DNA of 63,233 nucleotides, filler included, from Licmophora abbreviata (GCA_900291995.1; 8 parts of 8 records of this genome joined end to end with filler, not necessarily neighbours in it); one strand, 5' to 3'; positions 1 to 12,810 are shown, numbered from the whole stretch's first letter. Notes: generated by a model from the sequence alone, not told the origin. A program made the numbers and translations.

Positions 1-3000
1 TCATGTGGCCCAAGTCATCTGGCGAAAAGGGGGCCCACGCTCAAGCATCTCTGTCGTACGTGAGCATTCAGGAACGACACGGTCCTCGCATCCGGTCGGT
101 TCTCCTTGGTGGTATTCTGCACGACTCTAACCGTAATCCACTGGAAAAGCCTGGAAAGCCACCCCCAGAGACTGCTTGTGACGAAAATTTTCCACTGTTT
201 GAAGACAGGTGTATACGCAACGATCCCGTGGGTCTGCGACACTCATTTCCTGCTCAGGCCGTTGGTCTAAAGGCTACGATCAATTATGTCGACAAGGTAC
301 AGTATTTATACGAAAATAAGATTGGTTTCGTAATCCATTGCTAATTCGCACGCGCGGGCTTTCCTCTTGCAGATATCCGTTCCCAGCGAGGAGGAGATTA
401 TGGTGATGCAGGAACTGGGAGTGGATAAGTTCGAGATCTTACTAGATTCGGAACCATGGTGTAGGGCGCTGCGGTTCGCCATGAACGAAGAGGGCGGTGG
501 ATTTGATCACCGATGGCATTCGGGAGATTGGGACCAGCTGCTCACAAACGATATGTTAGTGAGTCCATCTCAGCGCATCGATCTCACTACATGCACTCAA
601 ACTACGAAAGAGATTTTCTTGGACGAGAACTACTTGATATCTTCGGATCTGTTGAACGTAACGGCAAAACTCACGAGTGTAGAGCTTAGGGTTCCTGCTG
701 CGGTACAGAAAGACGTGCGATCCTGCGACATCGTCGTCAAGATTTCTGAAACTATGGTGGTCGTGTCATCGGCGTTACCACGGACGTTCCTTAGCGGAAA
801 GATTGGGGCCTCCATTCGCGGCGACGAATCCAAGACAGACGTTCAAATAGCCTTCCCAAACGACCCGACGGACATTTGCTACTCGCTAGAAGAGACGGAG
901 GATCCTAGTATCCGCCAGCAAGGAACAAAAACCTCGAGGGCCGTGTCTACGTTCCGTGTGCAGGTGACTTTGCGAGGAGTATCCATTCGCCTCGTTCCCG
1001 TAATCCCATTCTGCAACTCCCTTGAGCCTCAGCAGCTACTAGAACCGACAGAGATGACGATGATAGCTTGTTTTGAAGGCGAGCCTCCGGCCATCCCAGA
1101 CAGCAGCCTGATAAAGATTGTGTTGTTCTTGTCGGTTCAACTCCATCGCCTTGCAATCAATTTCGATTTCGATGTCGTAGCGGGTGCGCTTAGCACTATC
1201 CTGTATCACTTGAAAACAGCGACAGAAGCCATGGAGAGCTTAGCGCTTCTCGAACCAGTTGCTTTTCTCTATGTCGACGCTGAAACTCCTGACGAGGATG
1301 TCACGGATGATAGGAATATCACAAGCTCGGTTACTGGACGGAGGGTTCTCGTGAATAGACAGATTCAGAGAAGTATAGCAACAGGAGGCCTCAGCATTTC
1401 ATGCTGCGTGCAAGTGGCAGAGTTGCAACTACAGCTATGGCGCCAGCACGTTGCAAGGCTTAGCCGCTTCCGCGCCTCGATTGCGAACGATCCATCTCTT
1501 GAAATTGAGGACACGCCTATTCCACTGCTAAAGATATTGACGCTCAAACTGAACAAACTTGAGGCGGGTCTGGAATACTTCGCATGTCCTGAACAGCGGC
1601 GGGCTGTTCTGAAAGGATGCCTTTCTGAGGTGCTGGTCGAAGTCTGCAATTTCGACAACGAGTGCGACGAACACACACGGACGAATAAGGAAGGGCGGTC
1701 CATCCGAAATCAAGGAGCTATCCCACAAGAGCCCATAGAGGCAGGCAAGAGCATCGCTTCGGCGTCCATGATCGAAATTCTCTCTTTGGGACCCAACTCG
1801 ACAACAAGGAATACAGCGGCTCCTGGAGATATTCTGATCCGAATGGAGGACGCGTCTGTCCCATCACGAACTGTGACATGTTCCATGACTGTAGGAGTGC
1901 CTGGCGTCATCAATCTTCACTTACGGGAGCTCGAAAGTGCTTTGTTTCTGGTCATGGAGGCACTCTTGATGCCTTCCGGGTTAAAGGACCACCCCGAATG
2001 CAGAGTTGGACGAGGAAAGAACGCTATCGTGTTTCCAGCGAGGTCTGTCGGTGCTGTACTTGCCTCACTTCTCCCTGAAGTTGTCGTCGAATTTGAGCAA
2101 GGAGCAATCGAAGTCCTGCATGCCTTGGAAGACGTCCAAGAAGGAGGAATCTGGAAAAATTGAAAGAATCATGTATTCATTGATGGGAAGGCTTCTTCCT
2201 GGTACTCGTGACGCCATGTTTCGTGTATGCTTCTCTACGGTGACTCTCTTCGTGCCGAGCTCTCCGGACACGGCCAGTCTGAAGTGGTTTGGTCTACTTT
2301 TCAACGACGCGTCGCTCCTTAGTGGCTACTTTCATGACCCAGAAACGATCCCTGAATCTGTTGGGAGCGTCACTGCAAGTAGTGGCAAGACTTGGGGCTC
2401 CTTCTTCGACTGCCCCAAACGTGGCTTCCAGCACTATCTTCGTTCTCGTCTTAGCGTGCACTCCGCCACGTCGTCGTTGTCAGTCGGGGAGATTACTGAT
2501 ACGCTTGTTTCCAGCTTCGAAGTAAGTGGCTCCTACCATTCGTCGGCTGCCTTGCTATCCTTGGGAGAATCACCCTTGTCTGTCACGGATTTTGATATGA
2601 TAATAATGCTGTACGATACGGGGATTGCAGTGCTGCATCGAGCTCTTGCAATCGAAGAGAAAATCCGAGGCATCCTGTCGTCCCTACGATGCAGCGTTCA
2701 ATTATTGGGAGAGGAACAGATGGTTCTGGGCGACCATGGCGAAGCTGTTGTTTCTTCATTGAACATGTCACCAACGACGGCCCCGATCGTTGATCATGTC
2801 GTAGCAGGACGACGCTCACTCTCGAGACTGCGGGAGTTTATCGAAGAGAATGAAGTAGAGTTGCGTGCTACTCTGACCGAAAAGTCTCTTGAACTCGACA
2901 CGATGCGCTACAAACTCTTTCTGGGTGAACGTGAACGAATAGCAGCCCTCACAATGGTCGGTGCACAAGTATCAGGGTGGCTTCGTGTGGGTGGTACACA

Positions 3001-6000
3001 CTTGTTCGGGCAACGAGTGCACAAGACGACTTCTCTTTGGCGCCATTTCGTGGTACTCCGGAAAGCTCTCCTGATACTTTATGCTTCACCGGCGCATGTA
3101 AGTGTTTGCGACGCTTGATTCTGTCGATACGTTCTTCTCCCCCCTGCCGTTCAAAGCTCACCACTGGCTCGTCGCGTTTCTAGCCGAAACCTGTTGATAT
3201 TGTCGTCCTAAAGGGCGCTGGTCTTCATCCTCTTGCGGGAGGTCGGCGCAAACGGGACGTTAGCCAGGGCTTCTCTCTGATTGAAAGCGGAGGAAAGGTC
3301 CGATTCTTCCTGGCGACAAACGTTCAGGAGTACGAGATGTGGATTCGAGAACTTCGGAATGCTATCGGCTCATCCACACCTCAGCGGGGCGTATCTGAAA
3401 TCAAACTGTCGGCTGGCGTAGTAGCGCCAGAACCGACTAGACAATCCCATCGGGCGCGGGCAGGCACCTCTTCATCTTATACCAGTGAAGAGGATTTGCT
3501 CACGCAAAAAAGGAAACCTCAAATTCGCCAGAGATTCTCTTCTATCACAGCTAGCACCAAGAACAAGGTCGGCGCGGCTGTTCAGGCAGCGAGGCACCGA
3601 GAAAGGCCTGACACGCCCGAAGATTCGATTGGACCCGACAACGAGAGCAATATAGGTGGCCTGGTCCATGGCGCGACTTCCCCAAAGGGTAACTTTACCG
3701 CCCATGAGAGTGAGAGCGAGAGCGCTGAGATACCTGCGACGACTGTTCAACGGAGCGCACTTGATGAAGCCATTCTTGATCAGACCAATACGATTGACGA
3801 CAATGAGGATGCTGTCCCGCATGGCAGAAGAAGGAAGTTCGGACAGCGCTTCGCAGCAGTAAAATCAGGAACAAAGAATCGTCTTGGATCTGCAGTGCTG
3901 GCTGCAAAAGAGAAGGGAAAGGTATTGAATGACCAACGAAAGAAGCGGCGAGAAGTAAACGCATTGGAAGGAGAGCATACGGGTGACTATGCCGCCGCGC
4001 ATGAGCCCTCTTCCACTTCGCCTCCCAAACAGATAGAAGATATGAGGAGCTCTGAATGGCGCGATGAAGAGTTGAATGATAAACTCACATCCACAGAGCC
4101 CCCACTGGTTCATGTGCATGATGTGATAAATGAAGACAACGAAATGCAAACTTATGTACCCTATTCGACAGAGGAGCATCACCATATCGATGAATCAGCA
4201 CCTCGTCGGGGCCTCCAGCTGCGCCAGCGCGTGTCCAAGATAGGATCTGCAGTGAAAAGCGCCAGGAAAGGACGAGCGCAACGTGGGCAAGATGATAGGG
4301 GCGGTCCAGGCTTTGGAGATGCTGTTAAACTCAAGTCTGTTCGTGTTGGTGCTGGACATCCCGAAGATGTTCTTGGGGGTGAGGGCATGCAGCTTCTGGA
4401 TGCACCTTGGCGCAAGATTCGAGGCTTCTGGGTTGTTCGGGTTCTTCCAGACGCGGTGGAGGTCGAAGTAGACCATGCCACGACACTTTATCGCAGTACG
4501 GCGGTTGATACTCTCAACAGTCAGAGCGTGGACGAAAGCATTACAGAAGATACAAAAGAGTCTTTTCAGTCCACAAACGCGGAATCACTGTCACAGGTCA
4601 ACCTCAACGGACGGGACCAGCAGATGACAGCTTCAAATCGTGAGGTTCGACTTGATAACGCATTTCGGATCCGTTTGGTCGACAACCAGCAGTCAATGAT
4701 CCAGACAGATGAATCTAGTGGTATCCCAGTAAAGGATATCGTTCGAAGTCTGGCTGAAGTTCTGGAGCTTCACACTCTTGTTTCTGAAGCCGTCAGCAAC
4801 GTGCTTGCACAGGCCTCGGACCGAAATCCTGCTTTGGACGAGGAAGGCAGCGATTTCACGGACGAGAAGAGAAGTCTTCTCACCAATCGTCTTGGACTTA
4901 CTCCGCTCGAGACAGTGGATTGCTCTGGAAGGAAGCTAGGGGGCTTATTTGAAAACCAAGTCCCTGGCATTGAACAAAACGACGATTTCCTAGATTACGA
5001 ATGTGAGTTCATGTTGGTGCCGGTCCTTGTGGTTGTCTCTCTCTTGTTAGTTTTGCCGCTCACTGCTGAAGCCCCCGCTCATTCAAATGAAATGTAGGTG
5101 AGACGATCATGGAGTTTCTGAACTCCATCATTGACTGCCCATTGCCAGATGACGCCCACGTTTTCGTCGCGCATTTTCTCGACATTCCCTACGACTCCAA
5201 CGAGGACTGCTCGCCTCTTTTTTTGACCGACCATCGTGACCCATGGAGATACCAGGATCATGCCACAGGGCCACCATCTCTCTCCAAATACACCGAGACA
5301 ATCGAGGCGCTGGCGACGGCCTGCGAAACCGAACTGCTTCGAGCCGAACTATGCGGTCTCGAATACCTTTCGAAGGAGCAAGCCACCTCCCCTAATAGCG
5401 TTGAGGCGTCATCAGCTGGCGAGTCGTCGCCACAACAACGTCCTTTTCCTCCACCATATCTCGAGCCACTCCTCCCTACCAAGATTGCAGATCACTTGCA
5501 GGAGGCCATGCATCAAGCGCTCATGAATGTCATGGTGGATCGGGACGAAGCGCACGCCCAGCTCGTTGCGGCCAACGTGTCGCACGTGCATGAAATGAAA
5601 CAGGAGCGCAAAAAGGCGGAACATCTCACTTATCTACTCAAAGAAAAAGAACGACAGGCAGCAGACAATGCTAATCAGCAAGTGGGGTTCTTCAGCAATC
5701 CTACCAGCAATCAAGATAAGCAAAAGGCAATTGCGAAAGAGACTGAGCGCATCAAGAAGTATCACGAACAAATGGCCTACAATACTGAACAGGAGTTGGT
5801 CTCACTTTGTCAACAACTGGCGGGTGAGATTTCCGAGAAAACGTCCAAATCATTGGAGATAATGCGTCTGAAGGAAACTCGAGAGATTGAGCGTGAGAAT
5901 GAACGTAGGGAAAAGGAGGCTCTGCAGGATGAGCTGCGGCGATGCAAGGAACTTCTGGCTGCTTCTGAGCGAAAGGGTGTTTTGGAGGCGACGTCGGCTA

Positions 6001-6053
6001 CAACACCTTTAGGGCGTACGGGGGAAGAGCAAGACGCACATCGACCTGACTAG
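1..6053 (+). CDS. Large multi-exon protein, 5'-partial: beta-rich (VPS13/bridge-lipid-transfer-like) region, coiled coil, PH domain, PX-like domain, C-terminal coiled coil
   Basis: Exons join in frame across GT-AG introns 297-372, 3098-3183 and 5003-5097. PH-like: SGWLRVGG...WRHFVVLRKALLILY...YEMWIRELRNAI. PX-like: IVRSLAEVLELHTLV...IMEFLNSII...VAHFLDI. Frame break near 2050-2160. The VPS13 resemblance is inference only. Confidence 0.7.
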
Positions 6054-6303
6054 AGTAGAGAGAGGACGCCCACTAGAATTTGAAACGGATTTTGCAATGG
6101 CCTCTTTGCATTGTCCTACGGAGTGCTGTTTTAGCAGGTACCAGAAAGCAAAAACTGTAGATAGAAACAGAGCATCTTTCCGGTGGCCCTTAGCCAATAG
6201 CTTCCAGAAATAAACTATCATCAATGCCTAAAAGAACATTTTTTTCTTTTGAGTTGGTCTAGCGAGTGTATTTTATCTTACAGACGACGTCTATGCAGTG
6301 TAC

Positions 6304-6403
6304 NNNNNNNNNNNNNNNNNNNNNNNNNNNNNNNNNNNNNNNNNNNNTTAATTAATTAANNNNNNNNNNNNNNNNNNNNNNNNNNNNNNNNNNNNNNNNN
6401 NNN
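6304..6403. other. Artificial scaffold gap linker N44-TTAATTAATTAA-N44
   Basis: Identical 100-nt structure; the core gives stop codons in all six frames. Confidence 0.97.
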
Positions 6404-6473
6404 CTCTGTTTCACTTTCGGTCCCTCCCCTCTCCCCACTAATACCTGTACTCGATCGTACTATATGCTCGTAC

Positions 6474-6863
6474 ATGGCTGCTTCTTCTTGTTCGGTGGCC
6501 ACTTCGAAGAGACGAAGATGTCATCGGCTGTACGGCAAACGGGGAGAAGATTGCTTGGTAGAGGAACTTGAAGAAAAGAGATGCCTTGCCTTTCAGTACT
6601 GTCCACGACACGCTCAACACTACTATGAAACGTCGACGACGACCGGCAAAATGAATGATGAGAACACGAAGAAAGGCATCTGTGCTCTATGGGCCGAGGC
6701 GTTTTGTTTTGCTGATCCAGTCAAAAATGCAATGAACCAAGGTGATGTGGAGCTACATGCCAAGGCTCGTGACTATGTCAATGAGAATCCTGATATCAAA
6801 CGCACATGTCGAGCCTCGGCACTGGACCTGGCCAAGTGCATGCAAAAGTATTCGATTTCTTGA
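6474..6863 (+). CDS. Small CX9C-motif (CHCH-like) protein, probable mitochondrial intermembrane-space protein
   Basis: 129 aa with three C-X9-C motifs (CSVATSKRRRC, CLVEELEEKRC, CRASALDLAKC). Confidence 0.6.
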   Translation: MAASSCSVATSKRRRCHRLYGKRGEDCLVEELEEKRCLAFQYCPRHAQHYYETSTTTGKMNDENTKKGICALWAEAFCFADPVKNAMNQGDVELHAKARDYVNENPDIKRTCRASALDLAKCMQKYSIS

Positions 6864-6924
6864 TACTCAGAAAACGCATTAGCGAGCAAGCAAATACAGT
6901 TCTAGTTTGTAGTCCCAAATGTCA

Positions 6925-8595
6925 TTACAAGCTATTCATGACATGTATGACACCTGTCTCTGGGTCGATCGGAAACGGGTCTGGTGCACTAACCGTGTCG
7001 ACCAGCAGAGGCGGCAGCGTCAGTTGGTGCGCGTGCAGGCACATTCGACCCTTGTACGACGACTTTGTGCCACCCCACCGTCGATTGTCATCACCATTGC
7101 TAGCATTGTAGGCTGCGTCTCCCACTATCCCATGTCCTGCTATTTCACTCACGTGTATTCTCAATTGATGCCGTCGTCCCGTCTTGGGTTCGAGTTGCAA
7201 TTTGGTAACAGCAGTACCATTGAAAGCATCATCACTATTACTTGTCAAACTGCCCATTTGCAAAACGACACATCGCGTCAAGCTAGGTTTGAAGTCGAGT
7301 GTAGCAGAGGTGTCATCACCATCACGGTCGTCGATACGAGCCGGGTGTTGCTGTAGACGCATGGGAAACTCATTCGGAACTTGAGCCAGTGCTCCGCACA
7401 TGTAGAATGCGTTTGTAGCCTCTCCCGCGACTCGAAACAGACGCGGCAGTGATGCTCTAGAAGTAGCCGCACTACTACTTGCAGTAGCAGTTTCATCTCT
7501 TGTTTCTGTGCACTCCATCAGGACACGACGTGCTCGTTGATTGTAGGCATTGGCGAGTCGTTCAAAGGCAGAGACCGTTGAGTCATGCTTAGCTTCCTTC
7601 ACATTCGACCAGGACAGTGACGCGAGTCGTTCTTGTTCGTCGGGGGAAATCTCAGCGTCCAATTCGAGTTCCTTCCACAGCGCCATCATGTCGATTGTAC
7701 TTGTTGGCTTTTTTCGACGCTTCTTTTTGTTCCGAGCATTCGCCTCATGAGTTTTCGAACTATTGTGACTACTCTTCCACCTTTCAAAGACTGCGTGAGA
7801 AGGGAGAAAACCAATAAATGTATCTTTTCGTCTCTTCGAGCGAGTCCGTCGATACTCATGCTCCATGGTATGAAACCGGTGTTGAAAGTCACTTTGGGAA
7901 AGGACTGGCCACTGCTGGTCCACATCATCATTCTGTAAGTCTCCTCCCTCTCTTACAGATACATGTCCATACACGAGTGCTAGATATTTCTTTTGAACGC
8001 CCGCATGTCTTGCACTCAGTGCATCTCCTGCAATCTTGGCGGCCGCGCTGCTTCGAGCTACCAAGAGACAACCCGAGGTGGCATAGTCCAACTGATGGCA
8101 AGGTCGAAGTTCATTGTCGTCGAGGTCATTGAATTTGTGAAGTGTCATAACTCGTTCGAGGAGTCGTTGTTGCGTGTCGTTTTTAATACAGTCTCGAGTA
8201 GTAGTAGAGGCATCGTCGCCTGGTATATCGAGCTGTCGTCGTAGGCTCGGAGGTGGGTACAATAAAGTGAGAAGCTTGTGGACGGTGGCCTGGTAGGGCC
8301 CGTCCATGCGCAAATCAGGGGGCTTGCTAAGAAGTATATACTTCTCTGTCTCTTGAAGAACAATCTTACTAGTATTCGTTTGACGATCCACACCGAGTGT
8401 CAACAACAAGTCTGCTAGACTGCACCGATCGGGACGACCCCAGCACGGATCGTCGTCCGAGAACACTGACATCCAGGATGAATCTAGTTTTGTCCGAGGA
8501 GATGATAAGAGTGAGTGCTGTCGCGATGGTAGATTGGTCCTGTGATAATCTGTTGTGATGAGCAAAGGGCGGCGGCGCGAAATCTTCCTCATCAT
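6925..8595 (-). CDS. RluA-family RNA pseudouridine synthase
   Basis: Motifs LSKPPDL, HQLDYATSG (catalytic Asp), KKYLALVYG, KTGRRHQLRIH, GIVGDAAY, RMCLHA; intronless. Confidence 0.92.
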   Translation of the reverse strand: MMRKISRRRPLLITTDYHRTNLPSRQHSLLSSPRTKLDSSWMSVFSDDDPCWGRPDRCSLADLLLTLGVDRQTNTSKIVLQETEKYILLSKPPDLRMDGPYQATVHKLLTLLYPPPSLRRQLDIPGDDASTTTRDCIKNDTQQRLLERVMTLHKFNDLDDNELRPCHQLDYATSGCLLVARSSAAAKIAGDALSARHAGVQKKYLALVYGHVSVREGGDLQNDDVDQQWPVLSQSDFQHRFHTMEHEYRRTRSKRRKDTFIGFLPSHAVFERWKSSHNSSKTHEANARNKKKRRKKPTSTIDMMALWKELELDAEISPDEQERLASLSWSNVKEAKHDSTVSAFERLANAYNQRARRVLMECTETRDETATASSSAATSRASLPRLFRVAGEATNAFYMCGALAQVPNEFPMRLQQHPARIDDRDGDDTSATLDFKPSLTRCVVLQMGSLTSNSDDAFNGTAVTKLQLEPKTGRRHQLRIHVSEIAGHGIVGDAAYNASNGDDNRRWGGTKSSYKGRMCLHAHQLTLPPLLVDTVSAPDPFPIDPETGVIHVMNSL

Positions 8596-8780
8596 GGTTC
8601 AAAGTAAGTTTGGATTTTTTCGCGGTCAAAATGGCGCGACAGTCTGTACGGCGTCATGTCGCCAGGCTATCTCAACACAAACTGTAACCAACACATCACA
8701 ACACACCATGACAGTTTAGTCTAGCTCCGCCACTGCCGCCCTGTTGGCCCTCGACTGCCCTTTTATATAGATCCTACATT

Positions 8781-10319
8781 ATGTCCGAAGAGCAGCAGCC
8801 GAAAAAGGCAAAGGAAAAGCCTGCCAACTTGGTGATTCCTCCCAAAAAGCCGAAACTGTCCAAGGCCGAACGACGGGCACTCCAAGAAGCTCAACGTGCT
8901 GCCAAGTCTGCGGCTGGTGGTGCTGCAGGTGGAAAGGGGAGTATCAACAATCCTAAGCAAACCAACAATCCGCCGCCAACGCTCAAAAAAGCGGCAGCGC
9001 AGGCGTCCTCGGAGCAGCAGCATGGACCGGCGGACCGCCACAGCACCGGCGGCTCATCCACGGCTCGCCACGACACCACAACAACAAAGACCAACGACAA
9101 GACTGTATCGCTCTTTTCTCATCTTCCAGCCTATCGAGGTACGTCTTATGATACTTTTGTGTGTTTTACACCTACTACTGCTACTACTGCTTGAATCTGA
9201 CCCAATTTATCTGTATCCAATGCACTACTACTACTTCCTTGTACAACTATGTCTGTATGTATACACTCAGACCCTTCTCAACATCCCGAGTCCTTTTCTG
9301 GTGCTTCATTGGGAGTAGCTGCCGCTGCGGCCGACTCGTCATCCCAACACTTGCACCCCGCCGTACTTCGACTAGGCTTACAGTATGCTCAGGGAAGTAT
9401 CCGTGGTGGCAATGCGAGATGCCGTGCCATGCTGGATGTGTTTTCGCAAGTACTTTGCGACTACGAGCCGCTCGCCACAAACAAAACTAAGGACGTGCGC
9501 TTCTTACTCGATCATGACGTATTGAAACCGGCCTTTCAGTACTGGACTACCCAGTGTCGACCTCACTCGGTAAGTATGGGCAACGCCTTTACGTTCTTAA
9601 AGAGTGCTGTGGCATCGCTGGATCGTACTATGGACTATCAGTCCATGAAAACGGTATTGCTGGATTCGATGGAGGCCTATCAACGAGAACGCATTGAGTT
9701 TGCGGACAGAGCTATTGGAGAACACGTGGCTCCGAAAATTGAGAGCAACGATGTCATATTGGTCTACGGCTATAGTGAAGTGGTCTTGCATGTGCTTCTG
9801 GAACAGTCTCGAAAAAAGGAGTTTCGTGTGGTGGTTGTGGACTCGAGGCCGCTGTTGGAAGGGAGGAGAACCTTGTTGGAATTGCGCCGAGCTGGTATTC
9901 CCTGCAGTTACATCTTGTTGAATGCATTGTCCTACGTCATGGGGGAAGTTACCAAGGTCATTCTGGGTGCCGCTGCGCTCATGAGCGACGGAAGTGTGCT
10001 ATCACGAGTCGGGACAGCCTGCGTGGCGACACTGGCGGCACACACCAACAAGGCCGTGCTCGTGTGTTGCGAAACGTACAAGATTTCGCATCGAGTCCAA
10101 CTGGAGAGTATCACGAGCAATGAACTCGGAAACCCGCATCATGTCTTGGAGGGCGACTTGCAAGATAATTTGCGTGTGGTGAATCTGCATTATGACCTGA
10201 CTCCGTCGCAGTTTGTGAGTGGAATTGTGACAGAAATGGGCATCTTGCCGCCCACGAGCGTGGCAGTTCTGTTGCGAGAGATGAATCCACAAGAGACCGA
10301 AAGCAATATGATGATGTAG
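8781..10319 (+). CDS. EIF2B4: Translation initiation factor eIF-2B subunit delta
   Basis: KLSKAERRALQEAQRAAK, LFSHLP, HPAVLRLGLQY, CRPHSVSMGNA, VVDSRPLLEG, CETYK, YDLTP; intron 9139-9270. Confidence 0.95.
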
Positions 10320-10374
10320 TACGTAGTAGTCTATTGCAGTATTTGAAGGTATCTGATCCTTTGCACGTCCTACG

Positions 10375-11010
10375 CTATGAAATCTCTTCAATCAAGACTT
10401 TCCGTTTCTTGTTGGAAGTGTCGGCGGCGCTCTCGGTTTCATCCAAAGCTGCTACTCCTGTTGTCGGCGGGGACCCACCAGGAGGGACAGCCTCTTGATA
10501 GGATCTGACAAGACCTTTTTGTTGACCTCTTCGTCGTCCTCCTCATTATCGACTTGAGCTAGCATCTCAATAGCTGGATTTCCCTCTAGTCTACCCAACG
10601 CGACTTTCATTTCAATCGTCGGTAGTGTGTCTGGCCTTGTTTCGTCCGTACCAGCATCGTCTTCGTGGTCCGAGTCGTCCTCATCATCATCTTGTCGTAC
10701 CAGTGTTGCATCAAGTTTAACTTGCGAATCTTTCTCTTCCTTTAGCTCTGCTTGAACAAAAATGAACTGCATGTCAGTGGCAAATTAGGGTGATTTGATA
10801 ATCGTGAGACGTCGTCCATAGATACTCACCTTCATTGGCGGCTTGAATTTTCGGTAGAAAACTTCTGACGCGTGCAAGTAAATCGCTAGATGCTCCACCT
10901 CTGTCTTCGAAAAACGACTTGGGAAGGCTGTTTTCGCTGGTCATGGCGATTGTTGAAACAGATTTATCGACAACAGCAGCTGGTTTGTGTGTGTGATGCT
11001 CTGCCATCAT
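10375..11010 (-). CDS. NOPCHAP1/C12orf45-like (DUF4598) protein, with apparent 1-nt frameshift
   Basis: SDLLARVRSFLPKIQAANE and IEMKVALG motifs; intron ~10748-10829; adjacent frame ends KRKVLIEEIS* at 10375. Confidence 0.75.
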
Positions 11011-11276
11011 TCGGCTCAAAGGGTCGAGTCGTTTTCATCCCAGTTTTGCAGTTTTGAGTTTTGGCGCGCCATGGAATCTGGAGTTTGGAAAGAACCTTTC
11101 GTTTCGTCTGAAGCACACACATCATCAGCCACCCATTTTTCGACGCGCGCCGTCAATCAATCCGAAATTCGGTTCGTTCTGTTTTCTCATTTTCTCACTC
11201 TGGACCATGAGACGAGGAGACGACGAACTAAAGTGGATTAGACTCGGCCGTCCTGCACTTGGGAGAGATTAGAATC

Positions 11277-12761
11277 ATGAGTAATAGTACTGACGAACAA
11301 GACAACGTCGCTGTCTCAGTTGCTGAGCATCCGCCAGACACAGAGGATCCCACCTCCATGATGACACAAACATCCTTTGCCGAGCTTGGAGTCTGCGAGG
11401 CCCTCTGCGAGGCTGCGACCAAATTGGATTGGAAGTTCGCCTCCCGTATTCAGAAAGAGGTCCTTCCACATGCCATTGCTGATGGACGCGACATTGTGGG
11501 TCTTGCCGAGACTGGAAGTGGCAAGACTGGAGCCTTTTGTCTGCCGCTCTTGCAGGAGCTACTGCAAAATCCCATTCGGGGTGCCGTGTTTGCAGTCGTA
11601 CTGGCGCCGACGAGAGAACTGGCGTTTCAGATTCATGAAGTGACACTGGCCTTGGGAAGCAGTATTGGGGCGAACAGTGTGTGTATTGTCGGAGGCGTCG
11701 ACATGGCGTCGCAGAGTATCGCGTTGGCCCGGAACCCTCATGTTGTCGTGGCAACGCCAGGACGATTGGTAGATCACCTTCAAAACACCAAGGGCTTCAA
11801 TTTGCGAAAGTTGAAGTTTTTGATCATGGACGAGGCTGATCGGATGTTGAGTTTTGATTTTGAAGAGGAACTCAATACCATTCTCGACGTCATTCCAGAT
11901 AGCCGCGATGGACGACGTACCATGCTATTTAGTGCCACTATGACGTCGAAAGTACAAAAGCTGCAGCGAGCGTCTCTGAGCAATCCTGTGCGAGTAGAAG
12001 TGTCAACCAAATTTCAGACTCCTTCCAAGCTATTGCAGTCCTATATTTTCATTCCGGCCAAGTTCAAGGACTGCTATCTGACATATCTTGTCAATGAGCA
12101 TGCTGGACAGAGTATACTGGTATTTGGCGCCACATGCAACAACGTGCAGAGACTCGCATTAATGCTTCGGAATCTCGGATTTCCCGCAATTTGCTTGCAT
12201 GGTCAAATGAGTCAGCCGAAACGACTCGGCGCTCTGCACAAATTCAAGAGTGGCGATCGGTCCATTTTGATTTGTACCGACGTAGCGGCGCGGGGATTAG
12301 ATATACCCAGCGTCGATCTGGTCATTAACGCGGACTTGCCTGGACATGGGAAGGATTACATTCATCGTGTGGGACGTACAGCGCGTGCAGGAAGAGCTGG
12401 CAAGGCGATTGCGATGGTGACTCAGTATGATGTGGAAGTCTATCAACGATTGGAGGGATTGCTGGGGAAGAAATTACCGGAATACAAGTTGGAGGAAGAG
12501 ACCGTGTTGGTGTTGTTGGAACGAGTGAGTGAGGCACAGAGATTGGCAACACGTGAACTCAAGGAACAACTGGCGGCCAGCAAGGGAGGAGGGCGACGCC
12601 GTAAGCGTGGTAGTGACGACGGCGGAGAGGAAGGAGGAATTGAAAATCTTGTGCAATCTCAACTAAAAAAGGGCTACTATCGAGGCGGAAGTGGCGGACG
12701 AGGAGGAGCGCTTCCGAATCAGAGAGGCGGTCACGGCAAGAAGAAGAGGTACAAACGTTAG
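11277..12761 (+). CDS. RRP3: DEAD-box rRNA helicase RRP3/DDX47
   Basis: [48 protein letters not shown]-rich tail. Confidence 0.95.
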   Translation: MSNSTDEQDNVAVSVAEHPPDTEDPTSMMTQTSFAELGVCEALCEAATKLDWKFASRIQKEVLPHAIADGRDIVGLAETGSGKTGAFCLPLLQELLQNPIRGAVFAVVLAPTRELAFQIHEVTLALGSSIGANSVCIVGGVDMASQSIALARNPHVVVATPGRLVDHLQNTKGFNLRKLKFLIMDEADRMLSFDFEEELNTILDVIPDSRDGRRTMLFSATMTSKVQKLQRASLSNPVRVEVSTKFQTPSKLLQSYIFIPAKFKDCYLTYLVNEHAGQSILVFGATCNNVQRLALMLRNLGFPAICLHGQMSQPKRLGALHKFKSGDRSILICTDVAARGLDIPSVDLVINADLPGHGKDYIHRVGRTARAGRAGKAIAMVTQYDVEVYQRLEGLLGKKLPEYKLEEETVLVLLERVSEAQRLATRELKEQLAASKGGGRRRKRGSDDGGEEGGIENLVQSQLKKGYYRGGSGGRGGALPNQRGGHGKKKRYKR

Positions 12762-12810
12762 AACATCCTACTGTAAGAGGAAACAGATTTGCAAGCCGCT
12801 AATTGTTCTA

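Noticed and set aside
6348..6359. Repeated TTAATTAATTAA as a biological repeat or piggyBac-type TTAA target site
   Set aside because: Always centred in exactly 44+44 Ns; an artificial six-frame-stop linker.
9165..9240. (CTA)n-like microsatellite
   Set aside because: Short, imperfect, intronic low-complexity sequence with no further signal.
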